A stretch of 64,000 bases of DNA from Macrostomum lignano (GCA_002269645.1 NIVC01002100.1:62001-126000); one strand, 5' to 3'; positions 41,031-53,745 are shown, counted from the first letter of the stretch. Translations and numbers: made by a program. The notes: generated from the sequence alone by a model not told the origin.

Positions 41031-44009
41031 TCAGGTGGTTTTGATTTATCCATGCAGAGTAGGCTGAAATGGAAAAACTGAAATGTAGAAAAGAGGGGGG
41101 GTAACCGCTCGGGGACTGGATATACCCCCAGCCAGCTCCGTGGAGCTACCCTCTGCCACGGTAAACAGCAGAGAAGCTTTGGGTTGCCGTCTTATCCCAG
41201 GATTGCTCCCAGGCGAGGCTCCGGCAGGCCCCCGGTCCACACTCTGCAAGATCAGGGGGCGGGAGGCCGGCTGCGGGCTTGGGACACAGGCGCCAGGTCG
41301 AGTTGACAGCCGACGCCCGAGCCCTCCCCCACAAGAGCGGCCCTCGAGAACCCGTGTGGTACCAGTTGCAACTAAGGGCTGTCGATGGGTAGTTGGCGCT
41401 TAGCCAGCAGCCAACTACTTAGCAGCCACCTGCCCCGCAAAAAAGCAGCAGGGGGGATCCGTCCCCCACCAGCAGACCAAGACGAGGAAGCTAGCCGCTT
41501 CCACGCCAGGCCAGAACGAAAAGGAGGGGGAAGAGCCTCCTCGAAAAATGAAAAGCTGGCGGATGTCACAGAGTCCCTCGGTTTAAGTTGCCGTTTGCCC
41601 CCCCGCTTTATTGCATGCTTTAACCGATTCTACCACAGTTGACCATAGACATGTTGCTGGCAGGCGTATGCTTTTTCTATGGGCTGCCAAAATTGAAGTC
41701 ACTTTTGCCTAAAAGTCATGCTAGACCTATTTTGCCAGATAGTTAATTAGCTTTATATAAAATGCCTATATGAATATAGGAAACTAAATCATTTTGCCCT
41801 CAAACTATAAACATTTCCCTTAGACCATTTTGTTTATATGCCATGTAGGTTCCCAAGTAAGATGTTTTGCTAGTGCTACAAGGGGTGTCCCAAAAGTTCC
41901 CAGAATGTCTAATGTAGCTCTTCAACAGAGCCATTAAATTTCACGCCCATGGTGTCAAATGAAAGGAAATTTTGTCACAAAGAATACAAAGTTAAAATCA
42001 TGTTGGTATCTTTTTTTATTCAAGAGCTACAGCAAGAAACGTGCGCAAAGGTCAAGGGTAGTGTTACACAACTTCAACAAATGATACAAACAGATGTTCA
42101 TGTGTACAATTGTTCAATGAAAAAGATCCTATATATCTAGCTTCAGTTTACAATTATTCAAATAGTAGAAATATATGTAAATGATTGTGAACCAAATGTA
42201 AAGGCATTTTAGTGTATCATTTCAAATTCTAGAACTGTGATAAAGAGGATCCTATATATCTACTTGGTCATTTAAATAGCAGACAACATTTTTTTCAATC
42301 ATTTATATATATATGATTGAATGATTGAATATGATATGATATATATATGTGTCATTTAAATTTAAGCTGAAGGGTAGTGAGGATGTGAAATAGCTAGTAG
42401 ACTAATTCATTTGTCTTTATCCATAGATCTCTATAGACAATGTATGGAGTTAAGTTAGAAGCTACCATATAGTAGGCAAACTACTGTCACAACATTATGT
42501 ACAAATGATTTAAAAGTTAATGAGATAGCATCATAATATACTAGAAATCCCTACCTTTGCAAATATTTAAATATATCACTGCCATTTAAATAATTGTAAA
42601 CTGAAGTGGATATACAGGATCCTCTTCATTGAATAGTTCTGGAACATGAAATGATACAATAAAACCCTTTACCTTTGGTTCACAATCATTAACCAAAGTG
42701 AATATATAGAATCATTATCATTGCCATGACATGGGAGAGACTATAGGTTGGCTATTCCATTTAGTTTTTTTACTAGTGAAATGAAGAAACCCAGTTTAAC
42801 AATTTTGCTTCTGCCTTCTTTCAAGTAGGCCATGATCACTGAAATAGAAAATAATATAGGGATTGTGACTGAATTTTGGGTGAAAAAATAATTGTAAACC
42901 AAAGCAATGCCAAGCTACAAATTATGTCACACTACTATTTTCTTCCCTTTTGCCATGTAGTACTATACTATTAAATGGGTCTATCTAAAGAGTGCACCAA
43001 TTCTCCAATTGCAAAAGTAACATGTTCATAATGAGTATAGGTGCATAATGATTTCAGTAAGATTTTAGAAAATAAATTGTTTAGTAATTTTTTAATACCA
43101 TTTGATATTTACCAGCCTAAGAAAGACACCTTACTTTTTTAAAATTTTATTAAACGTTAAAGAAGTTTAAAAAAAATTTGTATCTTGGATTTTCATTACC
43201 TTTTCAATGCATTTTATCTACTAGGCTCCTTGATCATTTCTTTCCAAAAAAAATTTTAATAAAATTTGTATAAAATAGTTTTATTGAACTAAATTTTATA
43301 TCAAATATTCAATTTTTGCTTTGTATCCCTTATATATTAGTAAAAATAAATCTAACATAACCAAAATAGCCAAAACCTTTGTAACAATATTAGGAGAAGT
43401 TAATTTTTGACTTAAAATTCATGGAAGGACTGCAAATGAATTTTTTACTATTTTTTTATGTCTTTAATTTTATGTCAATATAAAATACTTCCACTTTTTC
43501 TTTTTAAAACTTGCCCTATAGGTGCCCAAAGTGACAAAAAAAGTTGAAAAAAGTGCAAAAGTACCTTCAGTGGTAATGTAACCTCAACTTGTTAATCCCC
43601 TATGCTGGCAATCAGAATTTGATAGAAATAGTTGTGAGTTATTGTTATATTTTATTAATACAAGTAAAAAAGCATATCAAAAAGCTTAAAACGAGGTGAT
43701 AATATATATCTATTAAATTATATAATCATCAATGTGCCAAAATACAGTCTATAGCCTAACTGGTTCATGGGCAAAATATCTTATGTTTGATCATGCAAAT
43801 CAGCTACTCTGTTTATGTTTTATAAATTTTTGACCATGCTACTTATCATGCTTTAATTGTTATTTATTATGACAAGGAAAAACTAAAATGTCTACAGCTT
43901 TAAAGACCTTTATTGAAGGATAAGTTGAAAAAAATAATAAAACTTTATGCAACCTTATGTGCACACCTATATTGCTGGCCAGAGCACAGACCAGATCATC
44001 TCAGCAGAA

Positions 44010-46921
44010 ATGAATGTTAGCGGCTGTGAAAACACAAGTACCAACTGCTCCCTGCCAGGGGGTGGCAGACCTGGCTTTTACCTGTCACATGGAGACACAT
44101 GGCTACAGGTGCTGTGCACCTACTTAATACCCATCATTGCCATTCTGGGCGTCATTGGCAACACCTGCTCCTTCATCATCCTTAAGGAGTCTGCCACCCG
44201 GGTGTCCAGTCATTTCTATCTGTGCTGCCTGTCCATCTTGGACTCGCTCACGCTGGTGTCCATTGTGTTCAGCATCTGGCTGGCCGTCATCATGCCCGGA
44301 TACTACTATGTCCTCTATGGCCAGGTGGCTGCTTGGCTGCGGTCTGTCACCAGCAACTGCCAAGTGAGTCTGGGTCCATTCTCCATGATATACTCTACCC
44401 TATTCGAGATTAGTTATTGCCCTACCCATGTGAGTCTGTCCCATTCCCTTCCCAGGTGAGTCTGTCCCATTCCCTGCCCAGGTGAGTCTGTCCCATTCCC
44501 TGCCCAGGTGAGTCTGTCCCATTCCCTTCCCAGGTGAGTCTGTCCCATTCCCTTCCCAGGTGAGTCTGTCCCATTCCCTGCCCAGGTGAGTCTGTCCCAT
44601 TCCCTGCCCAGGTGAGTCTGTCCCATTCCCTTCCCAGGTGAGTGTGTCCCATTCCCTGCCCAGGTGAGTCTGTCCCATTCCCTGCCCAGGTGAGTCTGTC
44701 CCATTCCCTGCCCAGGTGAGTCTGTCCCATTCCCTGCCCAGGTGAGTCTGTCCCATTCCCTTCCCAGGTGAGTCTGTCCCATTCCCTGCCCAGGTGAGTC
44801 TGTCCCATTCCCTGCCCAGGTGAGTCTGTCCCATTCCCTGCCCAGGTGAGTCTGTCCCATTCCCTGCCCAGGTGAGTCTGTCCCATTCCCTGCCCAGGTG
44901 AGTCTGTCCCATTCCCTTCCCAGGTGAGTGTGTCCCATTCCCTGCCCAGGTGAGTCTGTCCCATTCCCTGCCCAGGTGAGTCTGTCCCATTCCCTTCCCA
45001 GGTGAGTCTGTCCCATTCCCTGCCCAGGTGAGTGTGTCCCATTCCCTTCCCAGGTGAGTGTGTCCCATTCCCTGCCCAGGTGAGTCTGTCCCATTCCCTG
45101 CCCAGGTGAGTGTGTCCCATTCCCTGCCCAGGTGAGTGTGTCCCATTCCCTGCCCAGGTGAGTCTGTCCCATTCCCTGTCCAGGTGAGTGTGTCCCATTC
45201 TCTACCCAGGTAAGTCTGTTCCATTGCCTGTCCCACTTTCAACAGTATTTGCAGCCCAAACATCTCAATTCTCTCGCACCGGCAGGTGAGCCAGTTCCGG
45301 GTGTACATCTCCTTTTACTGCCGCATGGTGTCGGTGTGGACGGTGGTGATCCTGTCCGTTGAGCGCTGCATCTCCGTCTCCAGCCCGCTGCGCTGGGGCA
45401 CCCGGCTGTGCACGGTGCGCAACGGCGTCTGGGCCATCGGCGGCCTCGTGCTGCTGGCCGCGCCGTTCAGCATCTACGCCGTGTTCGGCTTCGAGTACAG
45501 CGAGAAATACCGCACCTGCCGGCCCAACGACCACTTCTTCATTGGTGAGACACGCTCCCCATCACCATGGATGCTCATCTGTCAGAGACCCCACCACCTC
45601 AGAGATCCCATCATCCCAGAGATCCCATCACCTTAGAGATCCCATCACCCAGAAATCCCATCACCCAGAGATCCCATCACCCAAAGATCCCATCATCTCA
45701 GGGATCCCATCATCCCAGAGATCCCATCACCTTAGAGATCCCATCACCCAGAAATCCCATCACCCAGAGATCCCATCACCCAAAGATCCCATCACCCAGA
45801 GATCCCATCACCCAGAGATCCCATCACCCAAAGATCCCATCACCCAAAGATCCCATCACCCAAAGATCCCATCATCCTAGAGATCCCATCACCCAAAGAT
45901 CCCATCACCCAGAGATCCCATCACCCAGAGATCCCATCACCCAGAGATCCCATCACCCAAAGATCCCATCACCCAAAGATCCCATCATCCTAGAGATCCC
46001 ATCACCCAAAGATCCCATCACCCAGAGATCCCATCACCCAGAGATCCCATCACCCAGAGATCCCATCACCTAGAGATCATATTACCCAAAGAGCTTTCAG
46101 CCGTACCTTTGCATAATTGATTTCCCCCTTGATCCCCGCAGGCAACATTCTGAGCAATGTCCTGTTCTCAATCGTGCCGTGGATTGTGATCTGCATATCC
46201 AACTCGGTGCTGGTGCTGGTGCTTCGCAAGCGGAACCGCAGATCCTCCCAGATGGACCAGAAGACGCTGCGCCAAGAGAACAGCATCACCACCCGCCTGC
46301 TTGTGGTGTCCGTCACCTTCCTGTTTCTCACCCTGCCTCTGGCCATCACGAGCGCAATTAACAGCTACTATGAGCTGCAGGACCTTCGGGTGCGCAAAGC
46401 ATTTTTTGCAAACACCCCTTCCAATCTGCTACTATGAGTAGGCTATTGAAAACATTGCCAAAACCACCACCGTGTGCCATGTAGCTACTATGAGTAGGCT
46501 ATTTAAAACATTGCCAAAACCGCCACCGTGTGCCATGCAGCTACTATGAGTAGGCTATTGAAAACATTGCCAAAACCGCCACCACCTGCCGCAGACGCAC
46601 AAGACGGGCATCGTGGCCGATCTTTGGATGGTCAGCTTCGTGCTGTTCACCGCCAACTTCGCCTCCAACTTCTGGCTCTACTGCCTGACCGGCCGCAACT
46701 TCCGGCGGGCCGCCGTCGCGCTGCTCACCTGCCATCTGGACAGCATGCGCCGTCTGCGCCGCCGGCTGGACCGCGGCAGCGACTCGGCCGCGGAGCCGCC
46801 GTCCTCCAAGCTGACGGCGGTCAGCAGCCTCACGGGGCACGACGTGGCCGCCAAGCAGTCGGCGGCGCTGCTGTCTCAAGACGACCGGCAGCGGAAGCTG
46901 CGACAGGAGACCAACATCTGA
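44010..46921 (+). CDS. Rhodopsin-family peptide GPCR (FMRFamide/myosuppressin-receptor-like), about 395 aa, 4 exons
   Basis: Exons 44010-44363, 45286-45544, 46142-46389, 46595-46921, in frame. TM1 LGVIGNTCS; TM2 YLCCLSILDSL; TM3 SVWTVVILSVERC; TM7 ANFASNFWLYCLTGRNFRRA. An alternative ATG lies at 43947. Confidence 0.88.
44425..45215 (+). repeat. 26-bp minisatellite, about 30 units, each containing CAG|GTGAGT
   Basis: Unit CCAGGTGAGTCTGTCCCATTCCCTGC in GPCR intron 1; the last unit has CAG|GTAAGT. Confidence 0.97.
45590..46075. repeat. 16-bp minisatellite (AGAGATCCCATCACCC)n
   Basis: About 30 units in GPCR intron 2. Confidence 0.95.
46428..46585. repeat. 56-bp tandem repeat (~2.7 units) in GPCR intron 3
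   Basis: CTACTATGAGTAGGCTATTGAAAACATTGCCAAAACCACCACCGTGTGCCATGTAG. Confidence 0.9.
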
Positions 46922-47084
46922 GCATCAGCGCTTTGACGAGCCTGTTAATTGGTCGTCTGCTCTGCGGTTGCTTGCAGATTTGTGTTGTCCTTGATAATTT
47001 TTATTGCATCTGCTTCCTTTCCCTCAGGCCTGTTGAGTTCCTGACCGGGCGGTCATTGAGTGTGGCAGGTGCAGTTCAGAATCC

Positions 47085-47430
47085 CAGTCAGTGAAATCCC
47101 AGTCAGTGAAATCCCAGTCAGCAGAATCCCAGTCAGTGAAATCCCAGTCAGCAGAATCCCAGTCAGTGAAATCCCAGTCAGCAGAATCCCAGTCAGTGAA
47201 ATCCCAGTCAGTAGAATCCCAGTCAGTGAAATCCCAGTCACTAGAATCCCAGTCAGTGAAATCCCAGCCGGTAGAATCCCAGTCAGTAGAATCCCAGTCA
47301 GTAGAATCCCTGTCAGTGGAATCCCAGTCAGTAGAATCCCAGCCGGTAGTATCCCAGCCGGTAGAAACCCTTTCGGTAGAATCCCAGTCAGTAGAATCCT
47401 AGCCGGTAGAATCCCAGTCAGTAGAATCCC
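47085..47430. repeat. 15-bp minisatellite (ATCCCAGTCAGTGAA/AGA)n
   Basis: About 22 units downstream of the GPCR stop. Confidence 0.93.
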
Positions 47431-48771
47431 AGGATCAACACAGGATCTCAAGGTGGCCCCACCTTCAAAAGCCAGGCTGGTGCAATACCACCATGCATGC
47501 AGTTCCCGAAGTCAATAGGCGGTTTGGCAGCGCTGTGCTTGGTGTCAGTGCTGCTATGCCGTTATCATATTTACGTAAATTCTATGCCAATATGTTCTCC
47601 TTCATCACTAGCTGTTTTGCGTGGCTTATCAGGCCGTTTGGGGTTTTTTAATGGCTTTTTAACTGAGGCATTCGTGCCAACATTGTATTAAAGACCTCTC
47701 GCTAATTGTAAAAAGTATTTAATGTATTGTCCGTTTTTATTATCAGTAGAATCTTCACAGCTACTATGAGTAGGCTGGTAAAAATTGATGCGCATCATTC
47801 GATTATTTTGTAATTAATTTTGTGAGATAAATTTCTGTGAAAATTTAGCATGCATACAAGCGTATCCCTTTGTTGCGGATGCCTACTGTTAGTAGGCGGA
47901 TTTGCGTATTCCGATTGCTATTATTTTACAATTTGCACCAATGATATCGAAATCGGTTCCCAACCAAATCGATGCTGTGCGTTTTTTAGAAATAGACTAT
48001 CAATCAGTTTTTACCAGTACTAATTACTTTTAGTAATATGCCGTTCTTCTTACGAGTATTGATAGCCTCCGCACTCCACCAGCCCGATGTACAATAAATG
48101 CGATGCTCGCGTATTTTGCTAATCCCAAGCAGGCCTTTTCTGCGCTAAACTCGTTTCCGACAGGCGTTCCTGTGGCAGCTCTCTGCTTTTATTCTGAGAT
48201 AGCGGAACTTCAATAAATTCCCAGTTGCTGGGGGAGCAGGCGGCAGTTTTGATGCTTCAACATCAAATGTCAGGACCCGTCTGTCTGGCGGGGGGTTCGC
48301 TCGGATTCGGGAGAAGCGCAGCAGGCGCCGGTTTCAATCAGTTCCGATTCTCCTCTTCCCGACTGTCTCAACGGCTGCTGTTATCTGCGTGGCAATCGCC
48401 GCTACCAGGCTGTGCGCCGATTCTCATCTACTTGTCAGGAGGCTGCCACAGCTGACAGGTGGAAGACGGAGTTCCGTCGGTAAATATTTGAGCAGCGTGC
48501 CGAACTCAGCTGTCTGTCGGGGCTCTTCGGGGTTTATTTTTAGGGCCGGGCCGGCGCTGGGCCTGGGAGCTGCGAGCGGGCAACGAAGCCAATTCGACAC
48601 AGCTGTCGGTCTGGGGGTGGCCGCCGTGACGTGCTGGCCGGCAGGAAGTCCCCTGCGGCAGATTTTTCACTCTGAATTCCGACTTGTCTCGGTCGTTCAG
48701 ATCTTTCAAGGGCGGTTGAGTGGCTCAGCAGTGACGCGTCTGGTTCTTGCGCTTTTGGCGCGAGAAACGTG

Positions 48772-49745
48772 GTCTGGGTCTTGTGCACTGAGTGTGTACA
48801 TAGCAAGTCTGGGTCTTGTGCACTGAGTGTGGACATAGCAAGTCTGGGTCTTGTGCACTGAGTGTGGACGTAGAAAGTCTGGGTCTTGCGCACTGAGTGT
48901 GTACATAGCAAGTCTGGGTCTTGTGCACTGAGTGTGGACATAGCAAGTCTGGGTCTTGTGCACTGAGTGTGTACATAGTAAGTCTGGGTCTTGTGCACTG
49001 AGTGTGTACATAGCAAGTCTGGGTGTTGTGCACTGAGTGTGTACATAGCAAGTCTGGGTCTTGTGCACTGAGTGTGTACATAGTAAGTCTGGGTCTTGTG
49101 CACTGAGTGTGTACATAGCAAGTCTGGGTCTTGTGCACTGAGTGTGTACATAGCAAGTCTGGGTCTTGTGCACTGAGTGTGTACATAGCAAGTCTGGGTC
49201 TTGTGCACTGAGTGTGTACATAGTAAGTCTGGGTCTTGTGCACTGAGTGTGGACATAGAAAGTCTGGGTCTTGCGCACTGAGTGTGTACATAGCAAGTCT
49301 GGGTCTTGTGCACCGAGTGTGTACATAGCAAGTCTGGGTCTTGTGCACTGAGTGTGTACATAGCAAGTCTGGGTCTTGTGCACTGAGTGTGTACATAGCA
49401 AGTCTGGGTCTTGTGCACTGAGTGTGTACATAGCAAGTCTGGGTCTTGTGCACTGAGTGTGTACATAGCAAGTCTGGGTCTTGTGCACTGAGTGTGTACA
49501 TAGCAAGTCTGGGTCTTGTGCACTGAGTGTGTACATAGCAAGTCTGGGTCTTGTGCACTGAGTGTGTACATAGCAAGTCTGGGTCTTGTGCACTGAGTGT
49601 GTACATAGCAAGTCTGGGTCTTGTGCACTGAGTGTGTACATAGCAAGTCTGGGTCTTGTGCACTGAGTGTGTACATAGCAAGTCTGGGTCTTGTGCACTG
49701 AGTGTGGACATAGCAAGTCTGGGTCTTGTGCACTGAGTGTGTACG
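48772..49745. repeat. 35-bp minisatellite (GTCTTGTGCACTGAGTGTGTACATAGCAAGTCTGG)n, about 28 units
   Basis: 35-aa periodicity in three minus-strand ORFs. Confidence 0.97.
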
Positions 49746-50100
49746 AGTACCTGCCTGGTGACTAGAAGCCTGGGCCGCTGTGCATTCCGTGTGTGCCTTC
49801 GTACGTGTGCGAGTGCGTGCTCGGGGGTCAGTGAGATGGGCACGGCTGCTTGCCAATCGACTGTCGAGCGGCAGTGCCAGGAATCAAAAGGCCCCTACTT
49901 GAAACATCTTGCTCAGAATGACGACAAACGCGAGCTGCGTTAGGAATTGTCTGAATACCTAATCTCGTTTAATAAAACTGACTTCTGAAAGATGTGCATG
50001 GTTATTACATGATCATGGCTCCCTCCAGAGACGTTTCGCCACAAAAGTGGTTGCTCTATGCTCTTGCATTTGCCCCTTTTGTGGCTTAAAGAAGGAAGCA

Positions 50101-50457
50101 GCGGCGCACCTGTGTCTAGGACGGACGAGCTGCTGAACTCCCCGGACCTGATCGTGACCTAGCTTGTACGAGCTCTATGTTCGTGACTTCGTCCGGGACT
50201 CAGGCTGGATAACGATTGCAAACGACACTCTCTTACTTTTAAATTGGACCGCCGTTCAGCCGACGAATGACTTTATCCGTCGATTTAATGTAAAAGTACA
50301 TACATTTATTTGTCGAAAACATCGGCCGACGTCGGATTGCTGTACGGGCGAGGGGTCGGTACAGCCCAAGACTATAGTTGTCTGTCCTGTTCTTAGCTTG
50401 GGGTTGCGATAGGGCCTCTTGGTCTAATCGCGGGTGTCCTGTGTCCGTCGGTAGCAA
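50101..50457 (+). mobile_element. 5'-truncated, diverged 3' fragment of a LINE related to the 36.2-41.6 kb element
   Basis: GGACGAGCTG, CTTCGTCCGGGACTC, CCCAAG(A/G)CTA and CTTGGGGTTGCGATAGGGCCTC...CCGTCGGTAGCAAG align collinearly with the ORF2 end and 3' UTR of the full-length element. Confidence 0.85.
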
Positions 50458-51969
50458 GGGCACCTGCCAATTAACCAACAAAGACTTTGCGTCTTTCCTA
50501 CACATCTCTGATCGAGTTGCATTAGCGTGAGAGTTCAAGTTAGAAACCAGTAATTTTTCTTTGAATCCGTAAGTCTTTCATTTCGAATATAGACTGCCTG
50601 CCTTGTATTGATGTGTAAAGTTGTTCACAAATAAAAGCCGTTCACGAGGAGATCTTGCATCTCCGGCACACATCGGAAGCATATCTAGCTGTGAGCTGTG
50701 AGTCGCGTGCTCAAGCCCTGGAAAGCCCAAATCTATCAAGCTCTACTCAGCAGGCTGGCGCATGCAATTCATCTCTGCGGATTTGAGCTGACAGACACTT
50801 CAAATCCGTTGCGTTGAACCAGACTTGGTGAGAAGTTCGATAATACTGGAAATCCCCGCGGTATTAAATTGGGCACCAGATGAGCGTTCCGGTGGGGTGC
50901 AGTTGCCGCAGATCGTTATTCGGTCTGGCAGCTCTCGTCTGTCTCTTGAGAAGCTTCTCAACATATCTAAAAGTTGTCAAGATTATTCTTTGGTATTGGA
51001 TGACTTGAGTATCTGTGGCATTGGGCGCACGTTGTCGGTCAGACATTGTCGGTAGTTCTTAATTTTCTAGGCAATTTCAGTACGGTAGGCCCGATTGACT
51101 CACAGGTCGATTGATCTTAGTTCTAGTTTTAAAACTCTTTATTACTTGAGATTCATCCTACTCTTAAGCCAATCTTTGAAAAAATGTTTTGTAATCAATT
51201 TTTATATCACAAGAAATTCTGGCAAGGTGCAAAAAAAGCAGAAAGCAGAGAGCTGCCTGTCTGGAAGCAAATTAATCCACCTGTTTGAGCTTGCGCACCC
51301 GGCCAACTGCGCTTCCCGGACATCAATACTGTTTACGAATGAGCTCGGATTTCTTTTGTTGAAGACAGGAAGCTGGGAGTTTCCTCATTGAGAGAGCAGC
51401 CTGTTTTCTTTACTGATATTTGTTGCACAAAGTCTGTTCACGAGCTGCAGTTATTGTCAATGAGGATATTACGTCTTTCATTAAACCACATCCTGTGCGA
51501 TTTCTCATCCGGGAAAAAACAAGCAAGAATATATTTTATAGAAAATTTGTGTCTTATTTTCCCTGCCTTGCCAGGCGTTGTCACAAATCCCGAGGCACGC
51601 AGATATCGCAGGCTGAGCCTCGAGACCCTCGGGGATTTCTCATTTCGATAATGTTTCGCAGTCGGTAGCGAGACCCCGAGACTGCAGAGGCTCCGAGAGA
51701 AGCGCCATGCAGCTGTCGTCACGCAACGAATGAGGTTGGGGGAGTCGGCGGCCACTGGATAGCAGGCACGGGGCGAATCGAGTGATTCATCGCAGCCCGA
51801 GGCCATGGAGCAAGCTGAGAGGCGAGGCCGAGGGGAGCGGGGAGGGCAGGCGTCAAGAAGTGTGACGGCAATGCGGATTTGAGGATCAGCGCGTGAACTT
51901 GGACCAGCTGCTTCCCGATTTTTTCATCTGACGCGATTTCTAAGGAGAAGCAGAGCAGGGAAAAACACC

Positions 51970-53142
51970 ATGGCAGCGACTGTGAACATCAGCCTGGTCA
52001 ACAGCCAGCGACTGCTCAAATTCTTCGAGATTGCCACGACCCACGAACTGGCCAAGAGCCACATTGCGCTGCTGGGCCTCTACTCGCTCATTGGCCTGGT
52101 GTCCATCCTTGGCAACGGTCTCCTGCTCTTTGCTATTCTCCGCACCCGTCGAGTGTCAGAGAAGTATTTTCTGTTGAATCTAGTGCTCACCGACTTGCTC
52201 ATTACTGTCATTTGCATTCCCGGCACTTGCCAGAAGTTCTTCTCTAACGTGTGGCACCTGGGCGACTTGCTCTGCCGCCTAGCGAACGCGGCTATGGTAT
52301 CCACCGCGGGCGCGGCGATCTTCAACCACACGGCTATGATTCTTGAGCGCTCGCTGGGCGTCAATGCCAGCCGCATCGCCACCAACAGCCGCGACACGCG
52401 TGCCACTTCTCTGAAGATGATCGGCGCCGTTTGGTTGCTGGCGATCGCTTACGGCTCTCCCGTAGCCGTGCTCACCAGCGTCTCGGATGTGAGCTCCCTG
52501 CTCCGCCTGGCCAGCCTAAATGTGAGCAACCTGCCGCCTATGTGCATCAACAGCATCAGCAGTCCAATAGCCAGCGTTGTCTACGATGCGGTGGGCATGC
52601 TGCTGCTCTACATCGTGCCCTTGTGCGTCATCATCGCGGCCTACGTACGGATCGTCCGCACTGTCCGCGAGGTCAACTCGCAGTTGGTAAAGTTCAACAA
52701 CAGCGTCACCAACCGAAGCAAGAAGATTGTCCGTTTGGCCGTCACCATGGCGCTGATGTTCGCCGTCTCCTGGCTACCGCTGCACCTTAGCATGCAGGTG
52801 AAGAACATCGACATTCTCATCAGCAGTGTGTCCGGTCGAACTGTTCTGTTGTACAGCGCCGACAGCAAGTTCTCCGTGCTGCAGGACGTGTTCAACTGCC
52901 TTGGCCTGTCCAACTGCGCCGCCAACCCGGTTTACTTGTTTCTCTCCTGCCCAAACTTTCGCAAGACCCTCGTCCGTGCCTACAGGGGCGGCGGCGGCGA
53001 CGGAGTCGGCATCGGCGGTGGCCCCGGCAGCGTCTCCATGAGGGGCCGGCCTTCGCTCAACCGGTGCAGCTCCGCCAACTGCAGCAGCGGCCGTAGGGCT
53101 TGCGGAGAAGCCACGATAACCTGCTGCGAGAGTCAGCTATGA
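51970..53142 (+). CDS. Intronless rhodopsin-family neuropeptide-receptor-like GPCR, 390 aa
   Basis: GLVSILGNGLL (TM1), FLLNLVLTDLL (TM2), WHLGDLLC (ECL1), ILERS (TM3), LYIVPLCVIIAAYVRI (TM5), FAVSWLPLH (TM6), NCAANP (TM7). Confidence 0.9.
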   Translation: MAATVNISLVNSQRLLKFFEIATTHELAKSHIALLGLYSLIGLVSILGNGLLLFAILRTRRVSEKYFLLNLVLTDLLITVICIPGTCQKFFSNVWHLGDLLCRLANAAMVSTAGAAIFNHTAMILERSLGVNASRIATNSRDTRATSLKMIGAVWLLAIAYGSPVAVLTSVSDVSSLLRLASLNVSNLPPMCINSISSPIASVVYDAVGMLLLYIVPLCVIIAAYVRIVRTVREVNSQLVKFNNSVTNRSKKIVRLAVTMALMFAVSWLPLHLSMQVKNIDILISSVSGRTVLLYSADSKFSVLQDVFNCLGLSNCAANPVYLFLSCPNFRKTLVRAYRGGGGDGVGIGGGPGSVSMRGRPSLNRCSSANCSSGRRACGEATITCCESQL

Positions 53143-53629
53143 AATGCTGCATGCCGCGTTTTTGTCTACTGATAGTAGAGTGAATAGCAAATACAGGACA
53201 AGAATTCAGCATCTCGACCCCACTTTTAGAGACTAGTCCCTGCTACTAACTTAAATATTCGAAAATTTACTATAAGAATATATTTATGCATCAGTTGCAA
53301 AATCTCAATACCGATAAAAATCGTTGAAAAACACTTTCGGTTAGTTTTGAAACGCTTCGTCTATGTTTAGTTCGTTTTAGTTCTTAATGTTCTTTTTTGT
53401 CAAGCGCTGTACTAAAAATTAGGCGCACGTACTCCTAAAAACGCTTAATCAGATGCTGCAAAAATCCCTTAATGCACCTCTATTATTAACGGCACACAAC
53501 TTTGAAAACTAAAATAAACACTGCATATTTTAGCATATTGTTGTCGCTTATTTACATGTACAATCCTGGGGGGATGGTTTGGTGCCGCCAGCGCAAGCTG
53601 TGGGGTGCCATTGTATGGGACGCCATCGT

Positions 53630-53745
53630 AGGGGCGCCAGCACCAAGGGGCGCCAGCACCAAGGGGCGCCAGCACCAAGGGGCGCCAGCACCAAGGGGCG
53701 CCAGCACCAAGGGGCGCCAGCACCAAGGGGCGCCAGCACCCAGGG
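53630..53745. repeat. 16-bp GC-rich tandem repeat (GGGGCGCCAGCACCAA)n
   Basis: About 7 units. Confidence 0.92.
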
